Program-made: the position numbers and the translations under genes
Notes under the pieces: generated by a model
The model's input: the letters and a program-made list of their open reading frames with translations, nothing else
Database searches by the model: none
Told to the model about the DNA's origin: nothing
Source of the DNA: Lytechinus pictus
Lineage: Eukaryota
Assembly: GCF_037042905.1 (NCBI RefSeq)
Contig: NC_087251.1
Span: 31,558,001-31,622,000 of the forward strand
DNA: 64,000 nt
Direction of reading: 5' to 3'
In this document: piece by piece, positions 14,401-38,900 of the stretch
Position numbering within the stretch: position 1 is the stretch's first letter
Layout of the letters: each line of letters starts with the position of its first letter

Positions 14401-17400
14401 GCGTAACTGTGAGACATGAAATATAGTGGCATTCATGACCTATCATTTCTAATGCCTAACTTTGGTAAAAACCTTTTCAACTTATTTAATACATTGTATT
14501 TTCTGTCAAACACTTATAAATGTAGGATATTTGTATAACTTTTACCTTTGCTTGAAAAAAAATCACAATTATCCAACACTCAAAACTTTGTCACTCCAAT
14601 AATTGTAAACAAAGGCATATCTTTCAGTTTCAAGATTGATTTGACAATTCGTGCAGGTAAAAAAAAATACCAAAACCTCACCTCAACCCAAATATTACAC
14701 ATTCATAAATCAGCTCAAATAACATTCAACCACCGAATACCATTTACCACTATACACTAAAAATTGCAAACATCGACTTTCTTTGTATTACACTTTAGAA
14801 AAAAATTAGGAAGAAATTATATACGTGACCTGTGTTCTACCCTGTAAAAGCCAACTGCATGTATAAATGAAGTCGGCGTTTTCTATTTTGTGAATGTTCA
14901 GAATTCATTACCGTCACGGGGACCATCAAAGAAAGAGAAATTAAAGATTAGCGACACAACAAATTTTAATCAATTTAAGGTGACAGGTGCCCTAAAAAAA
15001 AAAAATTTTAATGATTTTAATTTTTTTGTCTCCTTTGCTAGTTTTATGTGTGTACTTCATCATGCAACTTGTTTTATCTCAATATTCTACCTCTTTTTTT
15101 AAATAAGAGGGGGGTTAAAACATATTTTTTCATAAAATTCTCAAACCGGAAGTAGTATTTTACACACCGGAAGTGATTAAATCTGTCCCCAAAACCTTTG
15201 ATACTGCCTTTAAAAAAATCAGAAAATCCCCAGATTTTTTTGGCTGAAGCCCCAGATATTCCATGTAGCAAAGTGGACTACCACCCTCTGTTGGCCAAAT
15301 AGGGAGAGCTACTGTATTGCACAATATGGCAGCGACTTCAAGTTACATACACTATGTGACAGACATGGCGCGTTACAAATGTCCGTTATTATTAGTATTA
15401 TAGCCCTTTCTTTATCGTGATATTATACAAAATTTCAGTTTTTTAAATGAAAAATGTAATAACTTGAGTTCTAATCATTGGATTTGCATGAAATTTTGTA
15501 GAATTGTGTATCTTGAAGAGTACAACAAAATAATGATAGTTTTTGTGCATGGTACCCCCACAGGTGGAGTTGTGTATAAAAGTCCTTTCTGAATTTCTCA
15601 TTATCTGACTGCTTGTTTAATCCATAATTTTTACAATTCTACTATGAATATTTCTTAAAGCCATCATAAATTCATCACAAAGAAGTCAGAGAATTAAATT
15701 AATCCATCAAAACTTAAATTACACTCTATGCTGTGAAGTTATAACCATAGAAAGTTCATATAGAGAAAAATCATGATTTTTAAAGTCATGACTTTGAATG
15801 ACCATATTTTGCTTATGCCTGAAGCTAATATGCCACAGTGCAAATTTTTGTGTAGATCAGCTCATAAGCTTTCCAAAACTATATAGTTTGTTGGGGTACA
15901 GGTACTAAGTAAGAATCCTATGCTTGATTATATACCCGTAGTCGTTTCCGCACGGTAATAGGGCACCTGTCACCTTAAGTCATTACTAAAAAAAAAAAGA
16001 TACTGGCCCAAAATCACCAATTTTGAGGATAACTGGAGGATGGAAACTGCGGTGGAAATTACGCAAACAACAATCGAAGTGCGAATTTTTCCTATCGAAC
16101 AGTCTAGATTCAAGTCGCCGGCGCATAATAGGAAATTGTACCAAAAATCAACAGGTTGCATGCCACGTATAATCGCTGATGGCGCTACATCATAAAATAA
16201 CGCTGAACAGCGAAAAAAATGCGGAGCGCCTAGAACGCAGCCAGCAGTACCGTATGGGTACTAGTATTCAACCCGGCATAATTCAAAGATTTTTGACATA
16301 TTCCCCAAAATATTTAGAAATAGGGAATTTATCCTAATTTCATACCTTTGTTATTTCCAGGGTAATCTGTTGTCGATATTTTCTTTGTCAATCTGTCGAC
16401 TGTATGCGCGGAGGATCGAATTATGCGGCGATGGCCTTTTGCACTGAATGGTACTAGTATTCAACCTAGTGAGGATTGATAGCAAAATCTCAAAAGGGTT
16501 TAGATTGCTAAATTAGATATAGATCTATGTAAGTCTCTGGCTTTGATTAATTCCCTGTTTGGTCTCATCTCAAATGGTCTAGTCCATAGTCGGATGGGAC
16601 AAGGGCAGATTGAGAGACAGGGCCATCTTTCATCGCTTGGTTGAATACTAGTGCCGACGGGTTGAATACTAGTACCAAAATCCGTCGCCGTATAATTCGA
16701 TCGCCCGCGCACACAGTCAACTGGTTGAAGAAAAAAATAACGGAAAAAGAATAACCAGCATTTGCTCTTGGAAATAAGACGGGTCTGAAATTCAGGTAAA
16801 TTCTATATTTCTATATATTTGAGGAAACTCTCCAAAAGGGTTGAATACTAGTGCCCTTACGGTACAGCTGATCTGACGTAAACGACGTAAACAAGCAAGT
16901 TTATTAAATAATATCGCGCGCCCTCTCTGTGCGTATAGAGAGAACCAGCTAATCGGGGCCTAGACAGCTGGCAGCCGTCTGTTTCGAGGAGTTTTTTAAC
17001 ATTTTTATATTTTTTAAATTTCTCCTCGTACACAGACGGCTCGCTATCGTGCAGCCACCATTAGGGGACTTGCAATGCAAAATCCCCCCGTCGGGGCTCT
17101 TCAATTTTTGTCTTTAATGAATAAAATTTTTGAAAATTAACGCGACCAAAATGCAAATTAATATTCCCTCTTGGCATTAATTGCCAAAAAACAGAGAAAA
17201 ATCAAGTTAAAAGGAACAAAAACAGTGACTTACCTCGGCTGTCGCGCAAATTCACTTCCCCGTTTTATCCGCTCTTAAGTACATAAACATATGGCCATTG
17301 AGTCCCCTGTACAGATCGCGCTAGAACTTCGGTCTCTGTATTTGGTGAGTGAAGCCAACGGAGTTCAGCTGAACAACCAACATAACAACAGAGACTGAAG

Positions 17401-18045
17401 CTTTTGGTCTAATCGGGGCCATGCCTGCTTCGACATCAAGAAAAATCATCGATATAAAGTACCAGAAAGACAGAGAGGAATTGAAATTGGCTTCATATCG
17501 TTCGGTAAGTTTCATATCCAAAAGACCAAAGCTTACTTCATGTAAAATGTAGATAAATTTCAAATTTTTAAATAAGAATAAAAAACTTATTACAAGTGCC
17601 GTTCCAGCGGTTATCCTGTGCACGGCGGCGGTAATGTACCCATAGGTGGGCGTGGCGCAATTTTTTTTTTGGCGTGGCGCTTCATCGATGAAATGATTTA
17701 CGCGTGGCGCTAAATCTCCAAAACTTAATGGCAGCGAGGACCTTGAATTAGAGTCCTCAAGGCTACAGCTCACGCGTACACGCTACCGGTACGGGACCCC
17801 GGGGCGCCGCGGCTCAGCTCCGGCTGGTCGCAAGTGCAATCCCCATGCCATGGCATTGGAGCGGCGGTTCAGCAGTGCACAGCCACAGAGACAGAGATCC
17901 GCCCCCATTCCCAGATCCGCCAAGATATATATTTTCGAAAACTTACTCTTGAAATTCCAACTGTTATAGCTGCGACGAGTCCTGTTATACCAACCACAAA
18001 GTACATTGTAGTCTCTGTAATTGCTAACAAGCCCTGAATAGCCAT
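5338..18045 (-). CDS. TMEM179B: Transmembrane protein 179/179B-like; 4 exons, 183 aa in window; last exon (TM4) not found
   Basis: Exons 18045-17947, 9750-9560, 7504-7373 and 5464-5338 join in phase: MAIQGLLAITETTMYFVVGITGLVAAITVGISR|DAFSSQCILY...ACSFAVG...|...CIVSVGFKQFCDGLT...|DCSK...YFGFFTTGQ. The FxxxCxLY and SVGFxxFCD patterns match the TMEM179 family as I recall it. Confidence 0.8.
7373..7504 (-). CDS. TMEM179B: TMEM179-like exon 3
   Basis: KFLTIPSIIINVAFTLVLFVESCIVSVGFKQFCDGLTAGPHVK; phase 2-2; GTAAGT donor. Confidence 0.85.
9169..9537. repeat. Purine-rich low-complexity tract next to the assembly gap at 9039-9168
   Basis: GA-rich composition; source of spurious F/S/L-rich ORFs. Confidence 0.9.
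9560..9750 (-). CDS. TMEM179B: TMEM179-like exon 2
   Basis: TTTTCTGCAG acceptor, GTGAGT donor; frame differs from the ORF-track call. Confidence 0.85.
12027..12189. mobile_element. Small palindromic MITE, TAA TSD (PIF/Harbinger-like)
   Basis: TAA|TACCTTGGTCACATTTG...CAAATGTGACCAAGGTA|TAA. Confidence 0.85.
12443..12960. repeat. ~179-bp tandem repeat, about 3 decaying copies
   Basis: TTTTATATACCTTTCGTTATG at ~12445, 12623, 12802 and (degenerate) 12925. Confidence 0.88.
14979..15974. mobile_element. TTAA-flanked non-autonomous DNA element (GGTGACAGGTGCCCTA TIR)
   Basis: 16-bp perfect TIR, TTAA at 14975-14978 and 15975-15978. Confidence 0.82.
16250..16862. mobile_element. Tc1/pogo-like MITE (TA TSD, CCGTA termini)
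   Basis: TA|CCGTATGGGTACTAGTATTCAACCC...GGGTTGAATACTAGTGCCCTTACGG|TA; the motif is repeated internally. Confidence 0.8.
16960..17090 (+). repeat. Dispersed repeat, inverted copy at ~39235-39362
   Basis: CTAG...GCTGGCAGCC...TGTTTCGAGGAG...ACAGACGGCTCGCTATC...CCACCATTAGGGG matches the reverse complement near 39300. Confidence 0.75.
17947..18045 (-). CDS. TMEM179B: TMEM179-like exon 1 (TM1)
   Basis: AAAATGG start; donor AGA|GTAAGT; 33 codons. Confidence 0.75.
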
Positions 18046-18099
18046 TTTGACAACCAAATTAGAAGGCGTTCACAGAGAAATACGGTAAATACCCAGAGA

Positions 18100-18180
18100 A
18101 ATAGACGACCAGTAGCAGCTATCGCCGAAAATATAAATATAGCTTTGCCGTTTATGGTGTCACCTGAACGTCCAATCGTT
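18100..18180 (-). promoter_or_regulatory. Probable TMEM179-like proximal promoter at the edge of a CpG-enriched region
   Basis: CCAAT box near 18171-18177, CpG enrichment from ~15900 to 18180, start codon at 18045. Confidence 0.4.
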
Positions 18181-18526
18181 AAAGAAAAAAAAAATGTCAA
18201 CATATTTTTTTTTTTTCACTTGCAAATCTTCACTCCACAGTGAAAACGTGATGACACATGCACTATGATGATTTTCCTTGGGACTATACACATGCCTCTC
18301 AGGAAATAGTGTCATTCTTTTTGCATGATATGCCATAAATTTATTGATAAATAACAGAGGTGATAATTCTATACCAAATGTATAAATGATCTCAAATGTA
18401 GATTGTCAGATAAAAATTCACAAAACCAAAGTCCTCGATACCAATACTCCATGTTTCATATGCTTAATCATGCACAATATCAACAAAATAGTTTTGATGG
18501 GACAGGTCCATCATATAGTTTGTTAA

Positions 18527-19377
18527 AGGTGAAGTCCACCCCAGAAAAATGTTGATTTGAATAAATAGAGAAAAATCAGACTAGCATAACGCTGAAAATT
18601 TCATCAAAATCGGATGTAAATTAAGAAAGTTTTGACATTTTAAAGTTTCACTTGTCACAAAACAGTGATATGGACAACTCAGTGACATGCAAATAAGATG
18701 GTCAATGATGTCCGTCACCACTGGCGTACCTAGGATTTTCCAGAAGGGGGGCACATTTTTTGGAGGATATTTCGTCCGCGAAAAAATTTGACAAGCAAAA
18801 AAAAAAAAAAAAGGTCTTCAGCAACCACAAATAAAGAATTTCTTCCCACAAAAAAATTTAACAAGCAAAAAAATAAAAAATCAATTTGGCTTCTAAAAGG
18901 GGGGAGGCACGTCCCCTGTGTGACTCGTCAGGGGGGGGGGCAGTCTGCCCCCCTTAGGTACTTTTGTCACTCACTATTTCTTTCATTTTTTATTGTTTGA
19001 ATTATACAATATTTCATTTCTTACAGATTTGACAATAGGTACCAACTTGACTGAATCATATAGTTTTAAGAGATGCTAGTTCCACATGTTCATGGAGGAA
19101 TCAATTGTTGTTTCACTTGACAAAGAGGAGAAAATTAGAATATTTCATATTTCATGCAATAGAATACAAAAGAAATAGTGAGTGGATGACATCATCAGTC
19201 TCCTCATTTGCATACTAACAAGGATGTGCGTAGAACTGTTTTGTGAAATTAAGCAAAACTTTAAAATGTCATAACTTTCTTATTTTACATCCAATCATGA
19301 TGAAGTTTTCAGTCTTTTGCTTGTAGGATTTTTCTCTTTTTATTCAAATCAACTTTTTGTTGGAGTGGACTTGTCCT
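18527..19377. mobile_element. TTAA MITE family B (AGGT/ACAAGTCCACC termini) with a nested poly-G element at about 18718-18965
   Basis: TTAA flanks, terminal inverted repeats, homology to 52842-54046. Confidence 0.85.
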
Positions 19378-20433
19378 TTAAGCCTACCACAGGCTGAATG
19401 GAATCGTTCATTTATGCCATTATGTGTCATGCCAAAATAGGCATGAAAATTATATTTGGAACTTGTGCTAGTCAAGACCTTGGCAAAAACTTTGAACGTA
19501 TGAACATTGGTCTGTGCGTGCATGCAGTCGATAGCCTAAATAGGAAGTGAAATGATTTGGCAATCCATATGCGTGACTAATAAAGAGGAAAAATAAATAA
19601 TGGTTCTTGTGTTAAAACTACTTGTTGATATGGGTCTCATAGATGTTGTACCCCCTCCCCCCATCACATAATTTATGCCTTGTCTAGAGCAGTACTCTAC
19701 TCCAGCTTTAATTCTCCTCAAAGATAAACTTTGATTGGAATAAAAGTTTGCTTGGAATAGCAGACACATGCTAAATTATGACAGTCAAAGAAAAATAATT
19801 TAACTTTAACATGTTAAAGTAATATTGGAATTCTGCATAAATGACTAGCAGGGCCGGGCCAAAGAACTGGGGGGGGGGGGGAGCTCTGTTTTCAATAATA
19901 TGTATGTCTCAAATCATAAAAATTACCATCTGATTTTTTTTTTTTTGGGGGGGATGGTCAGCCCCCCCCCCACAATTTCATACAACTGTTCTATGGCCCC
20001 TGACAAGAATGCATTTTCGTATATTTAACTTACCCTCAATATTTTACACCCTGAACCAAAAAATAAATATTGATGTGAAGATAAAGCATCGACACAACAA
20101 GTTTCCCCATCACATAAAAAGCTGAAAGAGTTAATATTTTATGCTATAATCAGCTAATCATACATAAAAAAAGTTATATTCACAACTTATTTTGCGATGC
20201 ATATCAGGAATACACAACTATCATTGATGAAAGTTTTTTTAGGGGAGGGGAGGGGGTGGTGGCAGTCAAGTTAAGATCTCAATAACAACCTATAAGCCTA
20301 TAATAATACTAAGTTCAATTCTAGCTGTCTGAGCATAAAAATGTCAAGCAAATTCAGGACTTCATGATTTTGACGAGCACACGACTGGAATCTGAGGAGT
20401 ACGAGAAAGGTATAGGGCAGTTTTACTTCAAAC

Positions 20434-21558
20434 AACAAGTGGAATGCCTCTGGCGGTCTCACCTGCATCACGCCATTCAATATAGCAGCAGTGCTGACTT
20501 TAAAAACTACTATAAAATAATTATTTACAAAAAACACCATTCATATAATGATACAATACTACGTTCATTGACATTTGACCTTGATCATGTGACCTAAAAA
20601 TTGTCAGTGATACTTGATTACCCCTATATCCACATTTTATACACTATATCTATAAACTTTGGAAGTTATGACAGCAATCTAATAATTACCTCTAAAATGG
20701 CCAAAGTTCAATGACCTTAAATGACCTTTGACTTTGGTCATGTGACCTGAAACTCGCATGAGTTGTTCAGTGATACTTGATGACTCATATGTCCAAGATT
20801 TATGAACTAGACCAATACTTACAGGGATATGATGGTAATTCAACAAATACCCCCAACATAGCCACAGTCAATTGACCTTGATCATGTGTCCTGAAACTCG
20901 CACAAGATGTTCAGTGATACTTAGTTACTCTAATGTCCAAGTTTCATGAATCAGATGCATAAACTTTCAAAGTTATGATGGTAATTCAACAGATACCCCC
21001 ATTATGGCCAAAGTTCTTTGACGTTGGTCATGTGACCTGAAATTCGCACAGGATGTTCAGTGATACTTGATTTCTATTATGTCCAAGTTTTATGAACTAG
21101 ACCAATAAACTTTCAAAGTTATGATGGTAATTCAAAAAAAAAAAAAACAATTTGGCCAAAATTCATTGACCCTAAATGACCTTTGATCTTAATCATGTGA
21201 CCTGAAACTTGCACAGGATGTTCAGTGATACTTGATTACTATTATGTCCAAGTTTAATGAATCAGATCCATAAACTTTCAAAGTTATGATGGTAATTCAA
21301 CAGATACCCCCCATTTGGCCAAAGCTCATTGACCCTAAATGAACTTTGACCTTGGTCATGTGACGTGAAACTCAGGCAGGATGTTCAGTAATACTTGATC
21401 AACCTTATGGCCAAGTTTCATGAAATAGGTCCACATGCTTTCTAAGTAATGCTGTCATTTCAAAAACTTAACCTTCGGTTAAGATTTGGTGTGTGACGCC
21501 GCCCTCGTCGGAAAAGTTGCGCCTATAGTCTCACTCTGCTATGCAGGTGAGACAAAAA
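20434..21558 (+). mobile_element. Helentron-associated (HINE/Tsp/pearl-type) element with ~6 internal repeats of 145-165 bp
   Basis: AACAAG start; subterminal IR GTCTCACCTGCAT/ATGCAGGTGAGAC; 3' hairpin; CATGTG(A/T)C unit markers at 20586, 20739, 20883, 21029, 21194, 21357. Confidence 0.8.
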
Positions 21559-23701
21559 TGATTTACTCTGCACATCATCACCACAGCTCATGCAAAACAC
21601 CTAAAAAAATGATTCAGTGACACAGATTTGTAATTTTATAGCATAATTGCATATATAATTGTAATAAAAAATGGTAATTAGTTCTTAAAATTTCTATTGA
21701 TTATAATACTTGCATATCATTATACCACCATATTTTTCACTAAAAAAATATACTTTCATTAAAATAGGTTTGGCAGTAAGCAATGTATGCTAACATGATA
21801 TTACATAAACATATATGATCAACAGTTCAGATAAAATAAAAACATTAAAGCTATAACCTCTTTTTTACCTTGGCAATGACATGGAATCTTTCTAATTCCC
21901 TTCTACATCTGGCAACTATTCTCTTAATGCAATAATAATAATCAATATTAGAAAAATACACTTATTTCATAATAACATATTTGGCATAATTCATTTGTTA
22001 GTAAATAAACACTGGCATGATGAAATTGTCATAAGACTCGAGTACCTTATGAAAATACATTGAAATAACCATCTTCTACAATGTATTGTTTAAAAAACAT
22101 TACATTGTATGTATTGTTTAAAAAAATACTTAAAAGATTTGCTTATCCCATTCAACAGCTTTATAAATCAACCATTGGGTAGGTACTAGGGGTGGGCTAT
22201 GGGTTGGAGGATTTCTGATAGTCAAGAAGAAAGAACTATTTTCTACTTTGAAGAAGTATACAACCATGTATATCAACATACAAGTACAACAGCCATACCA
22301 TTCTGAATTATAACAAGATTTGATACTTATAGCTGATTTTGTCCCCAAACTACTAAGAGAGCATGCAAGCAAACAACCAGGGGAACATTGACTTTATGTC
22401 CTCTTGAAGGAATCCAGTAAAGAGGACTAATGTATTTTTAAAATACTAAAGGACGTGATAAGTGCATCATTTTTTTTTTCAAACCAGGGGTTTGGATTAT
22501 GAGATTGCCATTGCTCTAGAAATCAAGCTATCACTATTTTTTTCCTTTATAAAACTAATTTGGTATTTGACAACAAATATAAATCCGAAAATATATTATG
22601 AGTTATAATTTAACAATTTACAAAAATATTGTTTTGGAAACTTCAACATGAAATAGAAAATACATTAGTATAAATTCTTCTTAAAATATAAATGCTATAT
22701 TTCAAAGTACACACTCACATAATTTACTTGAATTGAAACACATCAATTTGAGGTACTGTTTTGAGCTGCAAGCAATAACTGATTGATTTACTTATTAAGC
22801 AATAAGAAATACAATGCCAATCAAATGGTACGACATATGATTTGGATTTATAGACTTAATAGTAATTCAAGACATATATCCCACAGAAAAAATATCCACA
22901 TTATAGAGAAAAAAAATCAGACATTGATGATAAACAGAAATCAAAATGCAAATTGTTCTTTGAGCTTGTACTGATGTATATTTGCACCATTTGAAATTTG
23001 AGCAGTCTTCCAGAAGCAATAATAGCCTTTGGGATTTTTTGACAAACAAGGTTATGAAGGATATATATATAAAGAAGTTACTATAGGTGCAGTTATGGTA
23101 ATGCAACATCTGCTTTGCCCTCATGAGAGATGCTCCTTTGCTGATGATATAAAGGGGATNNNNNNNNNNNNNNNNNNNNNNNNNNNNNNNNNNNNNNNNN
23201 NNNNNNNNNNNNNNNNNNNNNNNNNNNNNNNNNNNNNNNNNNNNNNNNNNNNNNNNNNNNNNNNNNNNNNNNNNNNNNNNNNNNNNNNNNNNNNNNNNNN
23301 NNNNNNAACCATGTGAGGATTAGGATGAAGATCAAGGGTTGAAGCTCAGGTTTATGTTAGGCTTAATGTATGCATTTTCAGTAGACGCAATTGTTGTAGG
23401 AGCAAATGTCTTGGAACCACAGTTATACCTGTATGAAGAAGAATTTCAAGTTAATCTGAACATCAGACATTGTTCATCATTCAAATATTTGTGGAATTTG
23501 TAACACATGATTGGCATTACAAAAAACAAATGAAAATATATCATGATTTTCAATATATCATTCTCTCCTGCTACATGTACTATAATACCAATGAATATTT
23601 TTTTGTACAGGTCGAATTGCATAAAAAATTTAAAGCATTGACTAAATTCTGGAAATATTCAAACAGTATTTGGACAGAATTTTCACCATCTAAATAGTCC
23701 T

Positions 23702-34403
<10,702 letters not shown>

Positions 34404-34981
34404 GGTGATTCTTATCTCTGAAAGACTGAGGGATGTACTAGGAAAACAAAACAGAGAAAAGATAGAATTTAGACAATTATAGAAAGGTACAGCAATTAAA
34501 TGTTCTTTTTGCCAGGTAGGATAGTGATCTGAAAACCAAGTCGGGCCAGAGTGTCTGTGTTCGATTTGACTACAGTATATACAATTACAGATTTACTGGT
34601 ACAGACCAGGAAGTAAAGGTCATAAAGGGCTAAACAGACTGAGCAATGTTGTGGTCAATAGATTAAGAAAGGAAATTAGCACTATCACAGGTCAATGTTC
34701 CAGTTTAATACATACAACATTTATTTTTTTGAAAACATTCCAGAAAAGCTTATTCTTGATTGAAAAAATATTCAGAAGTTGAGGGGGGGGGGGGGAGTAG
34801 ACCTAAATGACATTTCTTATAACTTTAATGAACAAACAAGTGGAATGCCCCTGGCAGTCTTTTATTTGTTATGCAATGCAATATAGAAAAAGCATGGACT
34901 TTGTGACATAGTATAGAAATATCAAACACTCTTTTCTTTTTTATTTCTAAAATGCAATAATAAAAGGCATTGAATGGTTAA

Positions 34982-35360
34982 AGGGATGGTCTGGGCTAAA
35001 AATATTTATATCTAAATAAATAGAGTAAAATTCACAAAGCAAAATGCTGAAAATTTCATCAAAATCAGATAACGAAGTTATTAAATTTTAAAGTTTATCA
35101 ATATTTTGCGAAAACAGTTATATGCACATCGTCATGATATTTATTAGGTCAAAAGAACAAGTGGGGATATGACATCATCAGCCCATCTAATGAATATTCA
35201 TAAAGACATGCCCAGAACTGTTTCACTGGACTAATGCAAATCTTTAAATTTCAATAACTTCGTTATTTGTTATCCAATTTTGATCAAATTTTCAGCATTT
35301 TGCTTTGTGAATTTTACTCTATTTATTGAGATATTAATATCTCCAGCCTGGACCATCCCT
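34982..35360. mobile_element. TTAA MITE family A, internally deleted copy
   Basis: TTAA|AGGGATGGTCT...GGACCATCCCT|TTAA. Confidence 0.88.
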
Positions 35361-35999
35361 TTAAAGACCACTCTCATTGGCCTAGGAACTTGATGCTCCT
35401 TTTATAAAACTTTCATGAAATAAGAAAATATATAATAAGATCAATAATTCATCAAAAATTAGAAGACAAAAACTGTTAATAAGACCATAAAATGTTAATA
35501 AAAGTTCATGGATTTCAAAAGACCTTTGATCTTAACTAGTAAGTTACACAATAGTGTAGTAGGTTTAACGGTACACCATGTATCTTTCTAAGGCAATTGT
35601 TGGTCCTTAATAGGACCACCCAAACTCGACAAGTGTGTTCATGTCCCGGGGGGGCCACTTACATTGACGAGTGGATACCATGCGCGACCAAAAAAACACG
35701 TAATAAGGATGTCTTTTTCAAGACAGGGCACGTTACGTATGTAACGTGACAAGGATGTCAAAAGCACTAAAATAATTTTAAAAGGGTATCTATTTTCGCT
35801 AGGAAAGCTACGTGTTTAGGGTCAAATTTGCAAGGGTGTAAAAAATTACCGGTAAGACTAAAATGTTTTATAAAGGATGTACTTTTGCCCCAAGAGTCAA
35901 CACGTGTTTAGAGTACGATTTGGGCGAGATGTGGGAGGTGGGGCTGTACTAAACCCAATGATGTGGGTGAAGGTCATTTTTCTTTTGCATGTCAATTTT

Positions 36000-38900
36000 T
36001 TGTTGACTCCCGTTCATTTATTCATGTATCTGTTTCTCTGTAAACCCACTCCATATGTTTTAAGCAGGACTCGACACTTTCTTATTTTTCCGAGCACCGT
36101 GAAGCCGAAATTCAATTATGAGATTCTGATCAATCTTTCACGTCTGATTTAGCAGATGAGCCATTCTTTTCTTTGAATGATGATGACCTTTTTGATTTAC
36201 TCCAATCTTCGCCAACTAGTCATACAAATTCTAACACTGATGCTGCATATAACCGTTTTGTTGCAAGCACCTTAAATTTAGAAACAGAAACTTTTGATTT
36301 GCACCCTGATGAAGACGAAATTCTAAGTCCTTCATCTGAATATATAACCCAGTCTCAATTTAAAGAAATTACCAAACAATTCTCCATAGATACGTTTTCT
36401 CTTTTACACTTTAACATTAGAAGCATAAGTAAGCATTTTGAGGAATTCCAATTGTTATTAGATAATCCTTCCAAACTTCCCTTTTCTATAATTGGACTTT
36501 CGGAAACTTGGTTATCCAGCGAGTCTAACCTTCCATTTGCATTGGATGGCTATGACTTTATCGTTAATAACAGGCAAAATAGGTCTGGTGGAGGGGTTGC
36601 CCTCTACGTTTCTCAAAATTACGATTACATAACTCATAAAGAATTTATCAAATTAAACAAAATTGTAGAGTCTCTTTTTATAGAAATAAATATTCCCACT
36701 ACTAAAAATATAATCATAGGCATTATGTATAGACCTCCAAATTCTAATTCAAATGATTTTCTCCTCTATCTTTCAGATTTATTAAAAGATCCACTCTTTG
36801 TAAACAAAGACGTCTTTACAATGGGAGACTTTAATATTGATATTTTGAAACATGAAAATAATAACATATCCCATGAGTTCCTCGATATATTCTTGACTGC
36901 CTCATTCCTGCCTTTGATATCGAAACCCACTCGTATGGCGACTCATTCCGCCACACTTATAGACAATATTTTTTGTAACACCCTGCCTTCGCCGGATTCT
37001 TCTGTAGTCATATCCGACATAACCGATCATTTTCCAATTATGTCACATTTCACCCTTAGGCGTCCACTGAACAATCTACACCGGCCATCAAGGCGAAGAC
37101 CAACTCATGAAAACATAGCCCGACTTGACGCTTCTTTAGAATCTTCAGACTGGTCGCGTGTTTACAATACAGATGATGTTAATGCATCATTTGAAAACTT
37201 CCTTGATATATTTTGTAATAAATTAGATACTTACATTCCAAAAGTAAAAGACAAAGAAACGGCGTACAAAAAAACACCAAGACTTCCATGGATCTCCAAA
37301 TCAATTTTACGTTCTATTAACAGAAAAAATAATTTGTACTATAAATTTAAGACATAAGGTACCGAGCAAGCTATAATTAAGTATTCCAGATACAAAAATA
37401 TTTTGACTAAAACAATACGACTAGCAATGAAAAAATACTTCACGAAACAATTACATTTATATAAGAACGACATGCAAGGTACATGGAAGATTTTAAAACA
37501 AGCCATGAATTTATCAAATAACAAAACAAGCATAACTAAAATAAGGGATAATGATGAAATTGTTGAAGACTCTGAAATTATTGCCAATATTTTAAACAAC
37601 CAATTTTCCTCTATAGGGGTAAACTTAGCTCATGAAGTCCCTCCTTCAAACAAGCATTTTTCTGATTATCTGGGCATACCTAATCCAAATTCTATATTCT
37701 TTACGCCTGTTGTTGAACAAGAAATTATCGATATTGTGTCTAGTTTGAATAACAAAAAAAGTCCTGGCTATGATGATATCAACAATGTTATTTTGAAGGG
37801 TGTAATTTCCTCTATTGTTAATCCTTTGGTGTATATTATAAACCTTTCATTACAAAATGGTCAAGTTCCCGACAACATGAAAATTGGCAAAGTAATACCT
37901 CTTTTCAAAAAAGGTGATAAGTTTAATGTCAATAATTACAGACCTATTTCCTTATTGTCCTCCATATCAAAAATTTTAGAAAAGGTTGTTTACAGTAGAA
38001 CTATTAACTTTTTGAAAGCACACAATATTTTCTCCGATTACCAGTTTGGCTTTAGAAAAAAACATAATACTGAACATGCCTTATTAAATTTCATTGACAA
38101 AGTGGCACATGCTCTCTACAACTCTTCACACATGGTTGGTATCTTCCTGGACTTCTCCAAGGCCTTCGACACAATCAATCGCAATATATTATTACGTAAA
38201 CTCGCTCACTATGGGGTGCGTGGGAAGGCCTTGGAGTGGTTCAGGAGCTACTTATCCAATAGACGTCAGTACGTAACATTAAACGACTTTACATCCAACA
38301 TGCCAAATATAAATTGCGGAGTCCCACAGGGTAGTCTGTTAGGTCCTTTATTACTTATCATTTACATTAAAGGAGAATGAAACCCTTGACACCAGCTGAA
38401 TCCATATCAAAGAGAAAAATCAAAGAAACATATTGTTGAAAGTTTGAGGAAGATTGAATTAATAATAAGAAAGTTATGAGCATTTGAAAATTGAGATCTC
38501 TAATGCCATGTAGATCCTCCCATTGGCAATGCAACCAAGATCTGTGATGTCACACACGTACAACTCCCTCATTACTTTAGTACTTATTTCACTTATATTC
38601 TCACTTTTATAGAGTCTATCACAAGGTGAGGTGTTCTCTTTATGAGAGGACAAGTACAGAGGTTTCACAACATTATATCAATGATGAATCGTTTGTCATA
38701 TGATTAGAATGAGCAAAAAGAGATGTTTTGGGGTACATTTTCAGTGTCCAAAAGGGGAGAGTTGTCCAGTTTTGGACACTGAAAATATACCCCAAAACAT
38801 CTCTTTTTGCTCATTCTAATCATATGACAAATGATTCATCAATGATATATGTTGTGAAACCTCTCTACTTGTCCTCTCATAAAGAGAACACCTCACCTTG

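Noticed and set aside
17321-17773. 150-aa ORF
   Set aside because: No recognisable motifs or splice support; lies in repeat-like sequence in TMEM179 intron 1.
20570-21470. Regularly spaced repeats resembling a CRISPR array
   Set aside because: Whole units are homologous with no unique spacers; eukaryotic context; no cas genes.
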